64,000 nucleotides of DNA, from positions 80,317-144,316 of the forward strand of contig JACPHA010000011.1 in the NCBI GenBank assembly GCA_016188825.1, written 5' to 3'. Origin of the DNA: Candidatus Pacearchaeota archaeon (GTDB lineage: Archaea; Nanobdellota; Nanobdellia; Pacearchaeales; GW2011-AR1). Below, one piece after another: positions 30,084-40,475 of the stretch (within the stretch, counting starts at the first letter, position 1; each line of letters starts with the position of its first letter). The translations under genes were made by a program, and so were the position numbers. The notes below the pieces were generated by a model. That model had not been told where the DNA came from, ran no database searches, and saw only the letters and a list, made by a program, of their open reading frames with translations.

Positions 30084-31337
30084 TCACTCTAATCCGCAAA
30101 AGCAAAATTTCCACAGAGGAATAAATGAGTTATCTCCTATTTTTCCGCCCACATTTTTTGTGATAATAAAAGATTTTTTTATTTTTAATTTCTTTCCATA
30201 TTTTTTTAAAAAATAATTAATCCATCTCAAATCATTTTTATTGATTTTTGATGTGTATTTAACTTCTACTGGCATATTGTTTTTTAGGAAATCAATTTCT
30301 TTTTCTTTATCTCGCCAATAGTAATTTGTATTTAACTCGAAGAAAACCAAATTTTCAGCATATTTTTCTTCTGGAATATTGAAAGGTAACGAAAGCGCAG
30401 GGTGATACGCATAAACCCTGGAAAGCTTTCTTGACGCAATTCTTATAGAGGGCCGAAAATTTAAAATTCTTTTTATTAAAAAAGAAAATTCTAAATAAAA
30501 TAAAGCCTTATAGAGAGTGGTTTTCGTTCTTTTTAGTTCTTTTGCTAGTTCGTCTAGATTTAGGTATTGACCGGGATTTTCAAGAAAGATTTTTGTAAGT
30601 GTTTCAATTAAAAGTATGTCCGCTTCTTTAAATTCTTTAGGAATGTCTTTTAATATAATAGGATCGATAATGGCATTCCTGATGTAATTCTTTATAAAAC
30701 TAATATCTTTTTCGTTAACAATTTCAGGAAAAGGTCTAAAAAGAAATTTATCAAATTCTTTTTCCAATAAATCTGCGTGGAGAGAAACTTCTTTTTTTTC
30801 TATTTTTATTCCCTTAATTTCTAGAAATTCTCTGAATTTTAAAGGCCTAAGTTCATAATAAATGATTCTTCCCGCCAGAGTTTTTTTCGAGTTTGTCAAA
30901 ATATCTAATGAAGCCGATCCGGATACGAGAATTTTAATATTTTTAAAATTATCATAAATCAGTTTTATGCTCTCAACCCAATTTTTTGACTTTTGTGCTT
31001 CATCTATAAACAAATAAATTTTTTCCTTTTTATAATCAATATTGGTTATTTTAGAATAATCTTTTAAAATTTCTTCTATTCTTTTTTCTTGCAGGTCCGG
31101 TTCGTCAAAACTACAATAGAATATATTTAATGGGTTAATTTTCTTACTAATTAATTTGTTTATTAACTGATAAAAAATTGTTGATTTTCCTGTTCTTCTT
31201 AGTCCTATTAAAGCTTGAATTTGTTTCCTACCCAGGTCTTTTTCTATTATATGGAATAGGTCTCTAGGTGTTTCTGGAATAAAAGAGTCTTTTACTTTTT
31301 TTTCTGTCCACCAATGATTAAGTTCTATAATATCCAT
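30084..31337 (-). CDS. AAA+ ATPase of the DUF4143/AAA_14 archaeal family
   Basis: 417 aa; Walker A GLRRTGKST, Walker B LFIDEAQ. Confidence 0.65.
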   Translation of the reverse strand: MDIIELNHWWTEKKVKDSFIPETPRDLFHIIEKDLGRKQIQALIGLRRTGKSTIFYQLINKLISKKINPLNIFYCSFDEPDLQEKRIEEILKDYSKITNIDYKKEKIYLFIDEAQKSKNWVESIKLIYDNFKNIKILVSGSASLDILTNSKKTLAGRIIYYELRPLKFREFLEIKGIKIEKKEVSLHADLLEKEFDKFLFRPFPEIVNEKDISFIKNYIRNAIIDPIILKDIPKEFKEADILLIETLTKIFLENPGQYLNLDELAKELKRTKTTLYKALFYLEFSFLIKRILNFRPSIRIASRKLSRVYAYHPALSLPFNIPEEKYAENLVFFELNTNYYWRDKEKEIDFLKNNMPVEVKYTSKINKNDLRWINYFLKKYGKKLKIKKSFIITKNVGGKIGDNSFIPLWKFCFCGLE

Positions 31338-31424
31338 ATTCGTTTTTTATAAAAACTAATATTTAAACTTTTCGTTTTTTAAGAAAACGAATGTATAGTT
31401 AACAATTACTAACTTTTATGATAT

Positions 31425-31489
31425 CGTGAATTCTGGAAATTAGGATAAATTTTTGTCCAGAATTCCCGTGATGGATAATTCTCAAAAAA
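31425..31489 (+). repeat. R4 repeat copy
   Basis: cgtgaattctggaaattaggataaatttttgtccagaattcccgtgatggataattctcaaaaaa. Confidence 0.55.
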
Positions 31490-31543
31490 CTAATCCAATC
31501 AAAAGAATTGTCCATAATTGAATTTATCAGTTATGGCTAAAAA

Positions 31544-34500
31544 TCATTCTTTTAATTTTTTTATCGCTCTCGAGTGTAAAGTCCAGATATTTCTTGGATC
31601 ACGATCTAATATCTTCGCTATTTCTATATTCCTCAGACCTTTTTCTTTCCAATAGTAAACTAAAGATTCTAGGATGCTTAATTTTCTATTACTAAATATT
31701 TCAAGAGGCGCAAATCTCTTTTCTTTTACAATTATTTTTTCTTTCTTCTTCTTAATGGCGTTGTTGTAATTAATCCAGACTGTTCTTTGGTCTCTGTTTA
31801 GTAATCTTGCTATTTCGCTGAATCTCAAACCAAGGTTTTCTTTTAGATACTTGCACAATGCTTCTGCCGCGCCCATTTCTTGAGCAAATATTTCTAGTGG
31901 AATCTTGAGCTCACTTCTTTTTACACTGATTAGTAGCTCATGCAAGCCCAAACCATATTTTTCTTTTAGTAATTCATCTAGACTTGTGCCGTATCTTTCC
32001 TTAAGTTTTTCATCAAGAACTTCGAGAGAATTGTTTTCGCTCAATTCTCCTAATTTCTTCTTTCTTCTTCTTGCTCTTTCGCCTAGAGCAAAGGCGGCGA
32101 GGGCGATTGTTCCCTTGATAAGCCAACTTCCTGCTGTTGAAGTTGAATATATTTGTGAAGATATTGTTGAAGGCACTGTTCTTAAACAATAATAAATTTG
32201 CTCTTGTCCTGTTGAGCCGTCGTTAATAGAATTATTTCCTCTGTTCAGAACAGTGTTTATTATTTGCCGGTCTGTTCCGTTTGTTAGTGTGGTGGCTCCC
32301 GATTGTCCGCATTCTGGGTTTGAAGCTCCAGTATTATTTCCGATACTGAAGTTTGCAATATCTATATAAAACGTAGAGACAGATTCACCATGAAGATTAA
32401 TTGCATTCACAGTTATATTTGTGAAATTGTAATTTCCAGTGTTGTTAATTAAAGTCGGATCATTAGTTGATGTTTGATTTGTTGCTCCAATATTTACGGC
32501 GAAATTAATTTGAGCTGGAGAGATTTTAAGGGATTGTAATTGAACATATGAAAAGTTTGTTGTTGTGTTTATTGCAGATAACCCTTCTACATCTTCTCCA
32601 TAAACAGTTATGTTCCACACTCCGTTTTCATCAAAATACCACATTTGAATTGTGCAGGAATAGTTTGCGCTTGTGGAGTCTATGTCTCCAACCAAAGCAC
32701 AGCTTGTGTTTTGTCTCAACGGTTCTCCAGAACGAGTGAAGTTTGCTTTGACACTTGTGTCAGCTAAATCATTGACACCATCATTATCTTTCATGATAAG
32801 GTAAAAGGTAACATTAGTTGTGCTGCCTTCAGTTGGGGAGATGCTTCCGATAGAAGAAACAGAAGTTATTTGTGGAGCGGTGTTATTAACCGTAAGCTCT
32901 CTTGTTTCAGACTCGTTATTATTTCCTGCAAAATCGGTAACATTGACTTTCCAGAAATATTTTCCTACATTTAGCCTATAAAGATTTTTTATTTCTGTAG
33001 CTGTCAGAGAGCGATTCCAGACAGCAACTTCGTCTATGGTGCCGTTGAAATAACTGTCTGGAATCCCATCACCGTTTCTGCCAATATTTATATAATCAGT
33101 AGAGGAAAGGAAACTAACTGAGGTAGTGGCATTAATAACAAAGGCTCCATCAACATATAATTCTTTTTGCGCGTTATTCTTGAAAACTCCCACTATATGA
33201 TGCCAGTTTCCTCTTAAGTCAGTTGTTCCGCCGACAGAAGTAGAAGTTCCGTTATGTGCTGATATAAGTGCTTGTCCACTGGAATTTATATTTATATGAA
33301 AATATCTGTTTTGTGTACTAGAGTCGGCAAGAGAGACGATTACTCCATTCGTAGTGTCATTTGCCTTTTTTACCCATGCAGAAAATGTAAAAGGATAAGA
33401 GTTTATTCCTGCGTCGGAAACTGCTTGTATATCAGAAACTCCAGCTTGGGTTCCTAATCCTATATAATCATCCACACCATCAAATTCATAGGCGCCGCCG
33501 AATTTTCCTCCTGAAACATTATAGACAGAAGCTGTTGTATTAATAATTTGGTTGGTAGTTGTCCAACTATTAAAAACTGTTCCGTTATTTCCTTTATCAG
33601 AGAAGTCATAAATCTTGCCTCCATAAAATAAAACAACTTGGACGAAGTCTAAACGCGGTACGGCGTTGTTGTCAGAATTGCCTGTATAATTAAGTCTTAC
33701 TCTAAAATTAGCATTTGAAAACTCAGTTGAACTCCATGTTCTTCCCCATGTATTGCCAATGCCCCCGTAATTTATTAGAACATCTGACGAAGATGAAAAA
33801 CTTTCTTCTATTGGTGTGGTATAGCTTGTTCCGTTGTTCCAGCTTAGGGCAACTGCAACACCCGGATTTCCACAGGGTGGGCCTATACAACTTTGTTTTC
33901 CTTCCAAGACAACAAGAATTCCTGTTATGTTTACACCGGAAGGAATGCTAAAACTATAATTACTTGTGTCTAGCATATCTCCTGCCGTGCTTTCATTAGC
34001 GTAATTATCATCGGAGGATTTTACATTTTCTCCAGTCGTCCATTGATTTGAAGGATATCCAGTATCGCTTGGAGATTTTGAGCCGCTATCACTCAAAGAA
34101 GATTCGTTAAATTCTTTCCTGTTATCAAAATGGAACAGGACAAGAGTGTCATTGTCTGGGATTGTAACAGGAGAAGTCCAGTTGTAAGTGAATGATGTTC
34201 CAGAGGAAAAGTTTATATTTTGGTATAGTAAGCCGTGCTTGTAGAAATTAGCTGTTGAAGTTGAATTTACACCGTAAATAGCTACGTCTACAAGGTCATT
34301 GAATTGGTCGGTAACACTTGCGTTTAGTGTTATATTAAAAGTGCCCACATGAAAGACAGAAGTATTGGCCGGGGTGTTTAATGTAATAGAAGGAAATATT
34401 GTATTGTTTATTGTAAACGTGAAATTTCTGCTGCTTGTTAAGTTCACAGAAAGAGAAACTTCTTGATAGCCATATTGACTAGCGTTTATCGTGTAATTTG

Positions 34501-37500
34501 TTTGGTATGTTCTTGCCGTGCCATTAACAGTGTATTCTGTTACGTTTTGTTGGATTATGTTTCCAGAAAAGTTTGTTGTTATGTTGTGTGTTAGCGAGCC
34601 GGTATTGTTGTAAAAAATAACTCTGGCTCCGCTTAATGAGTTATTTAAGTGGTCTTGGACACGAACATCGACGTACCATTCCCTGAATAGCTTTCCACTT
34701 GCCTGAATATTATCATTTGTGTAGTTGGAATTTCGGATTGTTATGTTTCCTGAAGCGACGAAAATGTCCTCAAATTGTGCATCAGAAATATTAGAGTTAA
34801 CAACAATACTATTGTTACTGCCAGAATAAATATTATAGTCGGTTGAAGTGGATGAAGCACCTAAAAATAAAGAATCTTGTATATAAATTCCATTGGCTTG
34901 CAAATCTAAGTTTGCTGTATCTGCTCCCCTGAGAGTATTATTTCTAAATACAACGTTATTTGTGTTTAATGTAAGGCCTCTTCTATTTTTTAGATTAGCA
35001 GATCCTGTGTTTGAGACATATGAATTCAATATAGTCAAGTTGGAGTTTGTAGAAGTATAGAAGTCATATCTAAAGCTTCCAAAGCTAGTGATGTTTGAAT
35101 AATTTGCAGTTAGTCTTCCTCCAATTTCAATATCATATTGACCGCTAACAGTGCTATTCATCTCAAGTGCGCAGCTTTCCAAGATCAAATTGCCCGTAGA
35201 AGTCACATTTATACTTGCTTGGCTTGAATATCTACACGGCCTTGTTCCATCAGAAAGATTATTGAAAACATCACTGTTTCCAACTCTTGTAAAGATATCA
35301 TGTGGTGTTTCGGTCGTTGTTACTTCTATTACATCGATTAACTGCAAAGTTAAAGTTACAATAGAATCAGAAGTTATATTTCTAGAAGTTCCATTTGAGA
35401 CATATCCTGCTTTTGTGGCATTTATAGAATGATTATTTTGGTAAACTTTTCCAGAGCCAGTGTCTTTGTATTGAGTTAAATTCCTGAAAACAGCGCCTGC
35501 AGAATCTGTCAAAGCATTGAAAACAATTGCATTGGAGACGTTTCTGATTGTTACATTTGCGCTTCCTAGTGGTTGCGGAACTGCTCCGGTGTAAACAGAA
35601 ACGTTAACTCTAAACATTCTTTCTAGAGAACCGCCCGCAATTGTATAATTAGATGTATCACTGGAATTTAACAAAACAGTTGTGTTTTCAATGTCAATTC
35701 CGTAGAAGTTTATGTTTGCATCAGTTATGTTTAAAGCATTTCTAATATTTGAGAAGCTGAAGTTACCGTAACTGCCTCTGGGAAACGGATCAATAATTAT
35801 TGATGTAAAGTTGAATTTATTTGCAAAGGCGGGTGTTGTTACATTTCCTCCTGTTAAATTTAATCCTTGAGGAGAATGGATGAAAAAGGAGTATCTCCCA
35901 TCATTGGCAGTTGTGTTGAAAATTATATTACAAGTTGAATTTAGAGTTAGTGTTTCACTTGGAGTTATGTTCAAGTCAATGTTTAAGCCCACGCAGGTTG
36001 TGTAAGCGCTTGTGCACGCATAGCCCTGTTTTGTTGCAATGGCCAATGATTTTAAGTCATCGCAATTTAACGGCTCTACCACTTTTAGCTGGTTATCTGT
36101 AACGATAAACTCCCTTGCTTCTGATTCATTGCTTCTGCTTGTTGAGTCTGTGACATTTACTTTCCAGAAATATTTTCCTGCTTTTAATCTGTAAAGATTT
36201 TTTATTTCGTTTGCTGTCAAAGCTCTATTCCAGACAGCTACTTCATCAATTGTTCCGTTGAAATACAATCCTCCAAAGAGGTCGCCTTCTGCGCCGACCC
36301 TGAATCTGTTTGTTACAAGATTAAAAGTAACGCTTGTTGTTAAATTAGCAACAAAATTTCCATCAACATAAAGCGACTTTCCGGTGTTAGACTCAAAAAC
36401 TCCAACAACATGATGCCAGCCATTTCTTAAATCTATTGTTCCTCCTGCTGACTGCCTTGCTCCGTTGTCTTCTGCTATAATTCTTGCCTGTCCAGAGCCA
36501 TTTATTTCTATTCCATAGAGAGGGTCATCGGCAAAATCACTTCCTAATGAGGCAATTATTCCTTCAGTACTTCCTGTTTTATAAGCCCACCCTGAAAATG
36601 TGAAAGGATAAGCAGCCAAACCTAAATCGGACTCTTGCGTTATCCAGTCATTAACACCGTCAAATTGAACTCCATAGCCAAATTTTCCGCCATCTCTTGA
36701 AGTGTTGTAAACTGCTCCTGAAAATGTTCCGTTGTTATTATTGCCTGAAAAATCATAGGAATAAGTATCGTTTTCTCCTTTTGAAGATAAATTATCAAAA
36801 TGATACAACAATACCAAAGAATTTGAATTATTGCTAACAGGTAAAGCCGTGAAGTTGTAAGTTATTTCTGTGCCGTTTGTAACAGCGAGTTGTTTGTATA
36901 ATAGGTAATTATAGAAGTTTGAAGTTTCTTTTGAGTTTACACCATAAAGCAAAACATCAATTGTATCATTGTCTAAGTCATAAACTGTTGAGTTTAATGT
37001 TATGTTAAAGACATCTATTGCAAATGTAGAATCATTTGTTGGAGTATTAAGTGTTGTGTAGGGATTATTATACAAAGTATAATTAACCTGCGCCCAAATA
37101 GCATCTACTCCTGGATTAAAGCTTCGAGGGCTTTGACAATCGTTGCATGCAACCTGCATTATTCTTAATCTAAAACTTGAGTTTGAAAATTCACTCGCAT
37201 CCCATTCTCTTCCCCATTTGTCTGTTAGTCCTGTTAGAGTATTATTAGCATCTGTACATGTAGTCCATGTGGCTTGTTTTTCTGTTGTATAACTTGTGCC
37301 ATTATTCCAGCTTAAACTGACATTCAACACCGCCTGTCTGTCTATCCCTATGCAACTTGTACCATGCCTTGCTTCTACCTTAACTAAAATACCATTAATT
37401 GTCGCCCCAGCAGGAATGCCGAAACTATAATTACTTGTGTCTAACGCTTCTCCGTTTGTTGTTTCGTTTGCATAATTGTTATCCGAGACTTTAACATTTT

Positions 37501-40384
37501 CTCCTGCAATCCATTGATTTAATGGATAACCAGTGTCTGTTGGAGAAACTAAACCAGTTAGCTGCGGCTCTGCTGGGTCAATGATATGGTCAAGCTCTAT
37601 ACTACCATTTAAAATTCTTAAATCGAAGCTATCTTGAGTAATGTTATCTCCTAAACCAGTTAAGAAAACTTTATTGTATTGGTTGTCATTTATTGAAGAA
37701 AATTCTGCAATTAAAACAGAGCCATTAATTTCATAAACTTCAATTTTTGGAGTTCCATTGACTGTTCTTGGGAATAATGTAATATCATTCTCTTTTGTAA
37801 GATTTCTTTCAAACTTAACTCTTATGTAATGCGCTTCTGGGATAATTTCACTCCAGTTGTTGTCCAATTCCCTAACAGAGTCATAAATATCAGAAATAAA
37901 TTCACGAGTCTCATTTAAATGCTCTGCTTTTGTTATTACAATAATTTCAAATGTTTGGTTGCTTAATTGTGGGGCAATCCATTCTATATAGTCATAAATG
38001 CCATTCAGGTCAAGGTCAGAAATATTTGAAGGAATAATATAACTATCATTTTCAACCCAGAAAATTCTGATTTTTTTAGGATTGGTAACTGGGAGAGATT
38101 CTGGTAAATTCGTGAAAGCTAAAACATTTTCGTAGTGCACATCATCAGGGCCGATGATTTGAACTATTTTTCCTCTTGTCGTGTCTTCTTCTATTGCATA
38201 GGGAGCAGGAGTTTCATACACTACTTCAACTCCTGATTCATTGGAACTGATTTCTACAATAATTTCTATTGTTTCATTTTGTTCTTCGCTGACTGTAAGC
38301 CCGGTAAATCTGAAAAATGTGAATATTTTTTTAAACCAATCCATTAATCTGAAGAAAATTCCTTTTTTTCCAACTTCTTGTTGAAAAATTATATTTCCAT
38401 TTATGTCAACCTTTATTTTTTTAGAGCGCTTATTTTCATAAATTGATTGTCCTGTTATTAGAGAGCCATTAACAGTTTCTTCTGGTATTCCTTCATTTTC
38501 AAAATTAGACTGTGTTGTTTTTTCTAAAACACTTTCAGTTTCGTTAATTTCATTAGAAGTTTCATTAATTATTGAAGGATTTTCTTCAATAGAAGTTTGA
38601 TTTTGTTCTTCTTCTTGAATTTCTTCTGATATTTCTTCATTACTTTCTTCTATTCCTTCTATTTTCTTGATTTTTTTTACACTGATATTTTTAGCGCTTT
38701 CTGGCAGCTCAATTGTTACATTAGCGGGGCCAGTGACATTAATCGTTCTTGCCCATTTAACTGGCTGTCCTAAAACAGCTTTAAATTGTGTGATATTTGC
38801 TGTAAGATTTGATATTATTGTAATATTGGTCTGATTAGTTGGCGTAATCAAAGTTTCATTAATTAGTGTTTCGTTTGTTGGAGGGGTGATTGTTTCATTT
38901 AATTTAGGAGGGATAGTTATGTTTTCTTCAGGTAGAGTTATATTTTCTAATGGTTCAGAGACATTTTCTGGAATTTCCGGAGCCGGAATAGTAATATTTT
39001 CTGCCAGCTCTTTTTCAATTCTTATTTCATATTTTATTTTATCTAATTTTAATTTAGCATTTGTTATTTCTATTCTTAGAGTGTAAGAAGTTTTGTCTAA
39101 ATCAAATTCTTTTAAGTCACAAGTTTCTTTGCAAAAGTCCTTGAATTCTTTTACTGGGATTTCAAGTTCTTCTTTTTTCTTCTCCTCTTTTGGTTTTTCT
39201 TCAGTTACATTCTCTTCTACTGTTGGTTCTTCTATTGGCTGTTCTGCTCTAGGCTCTTCCGACGGGAGTTCTTCTTGAGGAGGCTGTTCGGCTTTCGGCG
39301 GTTCTTCAACCGGAGGCTCTTCTTGGACTGGCTTTTCTTGAGGAGTTGGTTCATCTGTTGGTTCTTCACTGCTGCTAGTTGTTTCAGAACTTTCTCTTGT
39401 TGAAGCTGAAGAATCAGAAGAATCTGTTGAAGTGGAAGAACTAGTTTCTTCATTTCCTTCTACGTTAAATCCTGTAATTGTTCCACTGGTGATTGTTTTT
39501 TTTCCAGTAACTTCGATTTCATTGCTGTCTAAAATTAAGAAATCATCAAGATAAATTTTTACTTCTCCTTCGCCTTCAATTTCTCCAGAAACCCTTAGCC
39601 AATTTAAAACCCCTTGTTTGTCTAGGGTAAATTCTTGTTCTATGCTTTCTTTAAAAGTTAAATCAACATTTTTAGTGTGAACTTCGTCAGCCAATTCAAC
39701 TGTCAAACCTGTCAGACCCAATTTGTCAGAATAGATATAGAGTAAGAATAACAAAGCAGTAAATAAAACAAAAGCAAAAACAAAGCCAGAGGCCCCTATT
39801 GCAATTCTTTTTATATTTTCTTTTCTAATCTCCGCATCGCAAATTTCTATTTGTTTTTTGCATTGTTCTATATAATTATTATAATAATCGACCCATTCTT
39901 GCGCCGTCTTGTTTTGTAAAGTTTCTTTTAATTTTTTTTCACAATAATCAGAAGTTATTTCTTTATTTTTATACTTCAAGAACAATTCATTAGCAAAAGA
40001 AATAATTTTTTTCTTGTTGTATTCTGCTTCTTTAATCTTGGTGTATAACGACTTTTTTCTTTCGTCTAAATGGCTCAGCTTAATTTCCCTAATTCCGGTC
40101 GCGTTTTTCTTTTCTTTTTCTATTTCTTCATTATACCATTCTAATTGGGCTTTGTGCGTCCTTAATTGGATGTCATAATGGCTAGTCCATTGCTCTGCCG
40201 TTAGGTCCTTGAAAATTTCCCCATATTTTTTTTGATATTGCTCATAGTTTAATAATCCAATATTATACTGAAAATTTAGTTTTTGTAAAATATTTTCAAT
40301 TCTTTCTTTTTCTAATTTACACAGTTCAATTTTTTTTAAAATTTCTCTTCTTTTTTCTTCAAGTTGTTTTAATTTATCTTCCAT
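31544..40384 (-). CDS. Giant (2946 aa) two-TM surface protein: N-terminal cytoplasmic coiled coil, TM, S/T/P/E-rich stalk, 2 LamG-like domains, beta-helix-like repeats, second TM, C-terminal cytoplasmic tandem sigma70-region4/LuxR-like HTH repeats
   Basis: Uninterrupted ORF; TM1 IAIGASGFVFAFVLFTALLFLLYIY; LamG blocks with ..WHH(V/I)VGVF..LYVDG..GTIDEVAVWNR; TM2 SWLIKGTIALAAFALG followed by RRRKKK; tail repeats GLRFSEIARLLNRDQRTVWINYNNAIKK / GLRNIEIAKILDRDPRNIWTLHSRAIKKLKE. Confidence 0.65.
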   Translation of the reverse strand: MEDKLKQLEEKRREILKKIELCKLEKERIENILQKLNFQYNIGLLNYEQYQKKYGEIFKDLTAEQWTSHYDIQLRTHKAQLEWYNEEIEKEKKNATGIREIKLSHLDERKKSLYTKIKEAEYNKKKIISFANELFLKYKNKEITSDYCEKKLKETLQNKTAQEWVDYYNNYIEQCKKQIEICDAEIRKENIKRIAIGASGFVFAFVLFTALLFLLYIYSDKLGLTGLTVELADEVHTKNVDLTFKESIEQEFTLDKQGVLNWLRVSGEIEGEGEVKIYLDDFLILDSNEIEVTGKKTITSGTITGFNVEGNEETSSSTSTDSSDSSASTRESSETTSSSEEPTDEPTPQEKPVQEEPPVEEPPKAEQPPQEELPSEEPRAEQPIEEPTVEENVTEEKPKEEKKKEELEIPVKEFKDFCKETCDLKEFDLDKTSYTLRIEITNAKLKLDKIKYEIRIEKELAENITIPAPEIPENVSEPLENITLPEENITIPPKLNETITPPTNETLINETLITPTNQTNITIISNLTANITQFKAVLGQPVKWARTINVTGPANVTIELPESAKNISVKKIKKIEGIEESNEEISEEIQEEEQNQTSIEENPSIINETSNEINETESVLEKTTQSNFENEGIPEETVNGSLITGQSIYENKRSKKIKVDINGNIIFQQEVGKKGIFFRLMDWFKKIFTFFRFTGLTVSEEQNETIEIIVEISSNESGVEVVYETPAPYAIEEDTTRGKIVQIIGPDDVHYENVLAFTNLPESLPVTNPKKIRIFWVENDSYIIPSNISDLDLNGIYDYIEWIAPQLSNQTFEIIVITKAEHLNETREFISDIYDSVRELDNNWSEIIPEAHYIRVKFERNLTKENDITLFPRTVNGTPKIEVYEINGSVLIAEFSSINDNQYNKVFLTGLGDNITQDSFDLRILNGSIELDHIIDPAEPQLTGLVSPTDTGYPLNQWIAGENVKVSDNNYANETTNGEALDTSNYSFGIPAGATINGILVKVEARHGTSCIGIDRQAVLNVSLSWNNGTSYTTEKQATWTTCTDANNTLTGLTDKWGREWDASEFSNSSFRLRIMQVACNDCQSPRSFNPGVDAIWAQVNYTLYNNPYTTLNTPTNDSTFAIDVFNITLNSTVYDLDNDTIDVLLYGVNSKETSNFYNYLLYKQLAVTNGTEITYNFTALPVSNNSNSLVLLYHFDNLSSKGENDTYSYDFSGNNNNGTFSGAVYNTSRDGGKFGYGVQFDGVNDWITQESDLGLAAYPFTFSGWAYKTGSTEGIIASLGSDFADDPLYGIEINGSGQARIIAEDNGARQSAGGTIDLRNGWHHVVGVFESNTGKSLYVDGNFVANLTTSVTFNLVTNRFRVGAEGDLFGGLYFNGTIDEVAVWNRALTANEIKNLYRLKAGKYFWKVNVTDSTSRSNESEAREFIVTDNQLKVVEPLNCDDLKSLAIATKQGYACTSAYTTCVGLNIDLNITPSETLTLNSTCNIIFNTTANDGRYSFFIHSPQGLNLTGGNVTTPAFANKFNFTSIIIDPFPRGSYGNFSFSNIRNALNITDANINFYGIDIENTTVLLNSSDTSNYTIAGGSLERMFRVNVSVYTGAVPQPLGSANVTIRNVSNAIVFNALTDSAGAVFRNLTQYKDTGSGKVYQNNHSINATKAGYVSNGTSRNITSDSIVTLTLQLIDVIEVTTTETPHDIFTRVGNSDVFNNLSDGTRPCRYSSQASINVTSTGNLILESCALEMNSTVSGQYDIEIGGRLTANYSNITSFGSFRYDFYTSTNSNLTILNSYVSNTGSANLKNRRGLTLNTNNVVFRNNTLRGADTANLDLQANGIYIQDSLFLGASSTSTDYNIYSGSNNSIVVNSNISDAQFEDIFVASGNITIRNSNYTNDNIQASGKLFREWYVDVRVQDHLNNSLSGARVIFYNNTGSLTHNITTNFSGNIIQQNVTEYTVNGTARTYQTNYTINASQYGYQEVSLSVNLTSSRNFTFTINNTIFPSITLNTPANTSVFHVGTFNITLNASVTDQFNDLVDVAIYGVNSTSTANFYKHGLLYQNINFSSGTSFTYNWTSPVTIPDNDTLVLFHFDNRKEFNESSLSDSGSKSPSDTGYPSNQWTTGENVKSSDDNYANESTAGDMLDTSNYSFSIPSGVNITGILVVLEGKQSCIGPPCGNPGVAVALSWNNGTSYTTPIEESFSSSSDVLINYGGIGNTWGRTWSSTEFSNANFRVRLNYTGNSDNNAVPRLDFVQVVLFYGGKIYDFSDKGNNGTVFNSWTTTNQIINTTASVYNVSGGKFGGAYEFDGVDDYIGLGTQAGVSDIQAVSDAGINSYPFTFSAWVKKANDTTNGVIVSLADSSTQNRYFHININSSGQALISAHNGTSTSVGGTTDLRGNWHHIVGVFKNNAQKELYVDGAFVINATTSVSFLSSTDYINIGRNGDGIPDSYFNGTIDEVAVWNRSLTATEIKNLYRLNVGKYFWKVNVTDFAGNNNESETRELTVNNTAPQITSVSSIGSISPTEGSTTNVTFYLIMKDNDGVNDLADTSVKANFTRSGEPLRQNTSCALVGDIDSTSANYSCTIQMWYFDENGVWNITVYGEDVEGLSAINTTTNFSYVQLQSLKISPAQINFAVNIGATNQTSTNDPTLINNTGNYNFTNITVNAINLHGESVSTFYIDIANFSIGNNTGASNPECGQSGATTLTNGTDRQIINTVLNRGNNSINDGSTGQEQIYYCLRTVPSTISSQIYSTSTAGSWLIKGTIALAAFALGERARRRKKKLGELSENNSLEVLDEKLKERYGTSLDELLKEKYGLGLHELLISVKRSELKIPLEIFAQEMGAAEALCKYLKENLGLRFSEIARLLNRDQRTVWINYNNAIKKKKEKIIVKEKRFAPLEIFSNRKLSILESLVYYWKEKGLRNIEIAKILDRDPRNIWTLHSRAIKKLKE

Positions 40385-40475
40385 TTTTGATTAATTTTTT
40401 AAAAAGAAAGGAAAGGCTGTCTCAGGGGAATTTTTTAACTCCTAGGGTGTTTTGAGACAGCCCCTTTCTAAGAAA

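Noticed and set aside
31905-39453. Numerous 60-95-aa ORFs on the plus strand inside the giant gene, and S-rich minus-frame ORFs (e.g. 39093-39278, 39232-39453)
   Set aside because: Antisense/alternate-frame artefacts of a long low-complexity coding region
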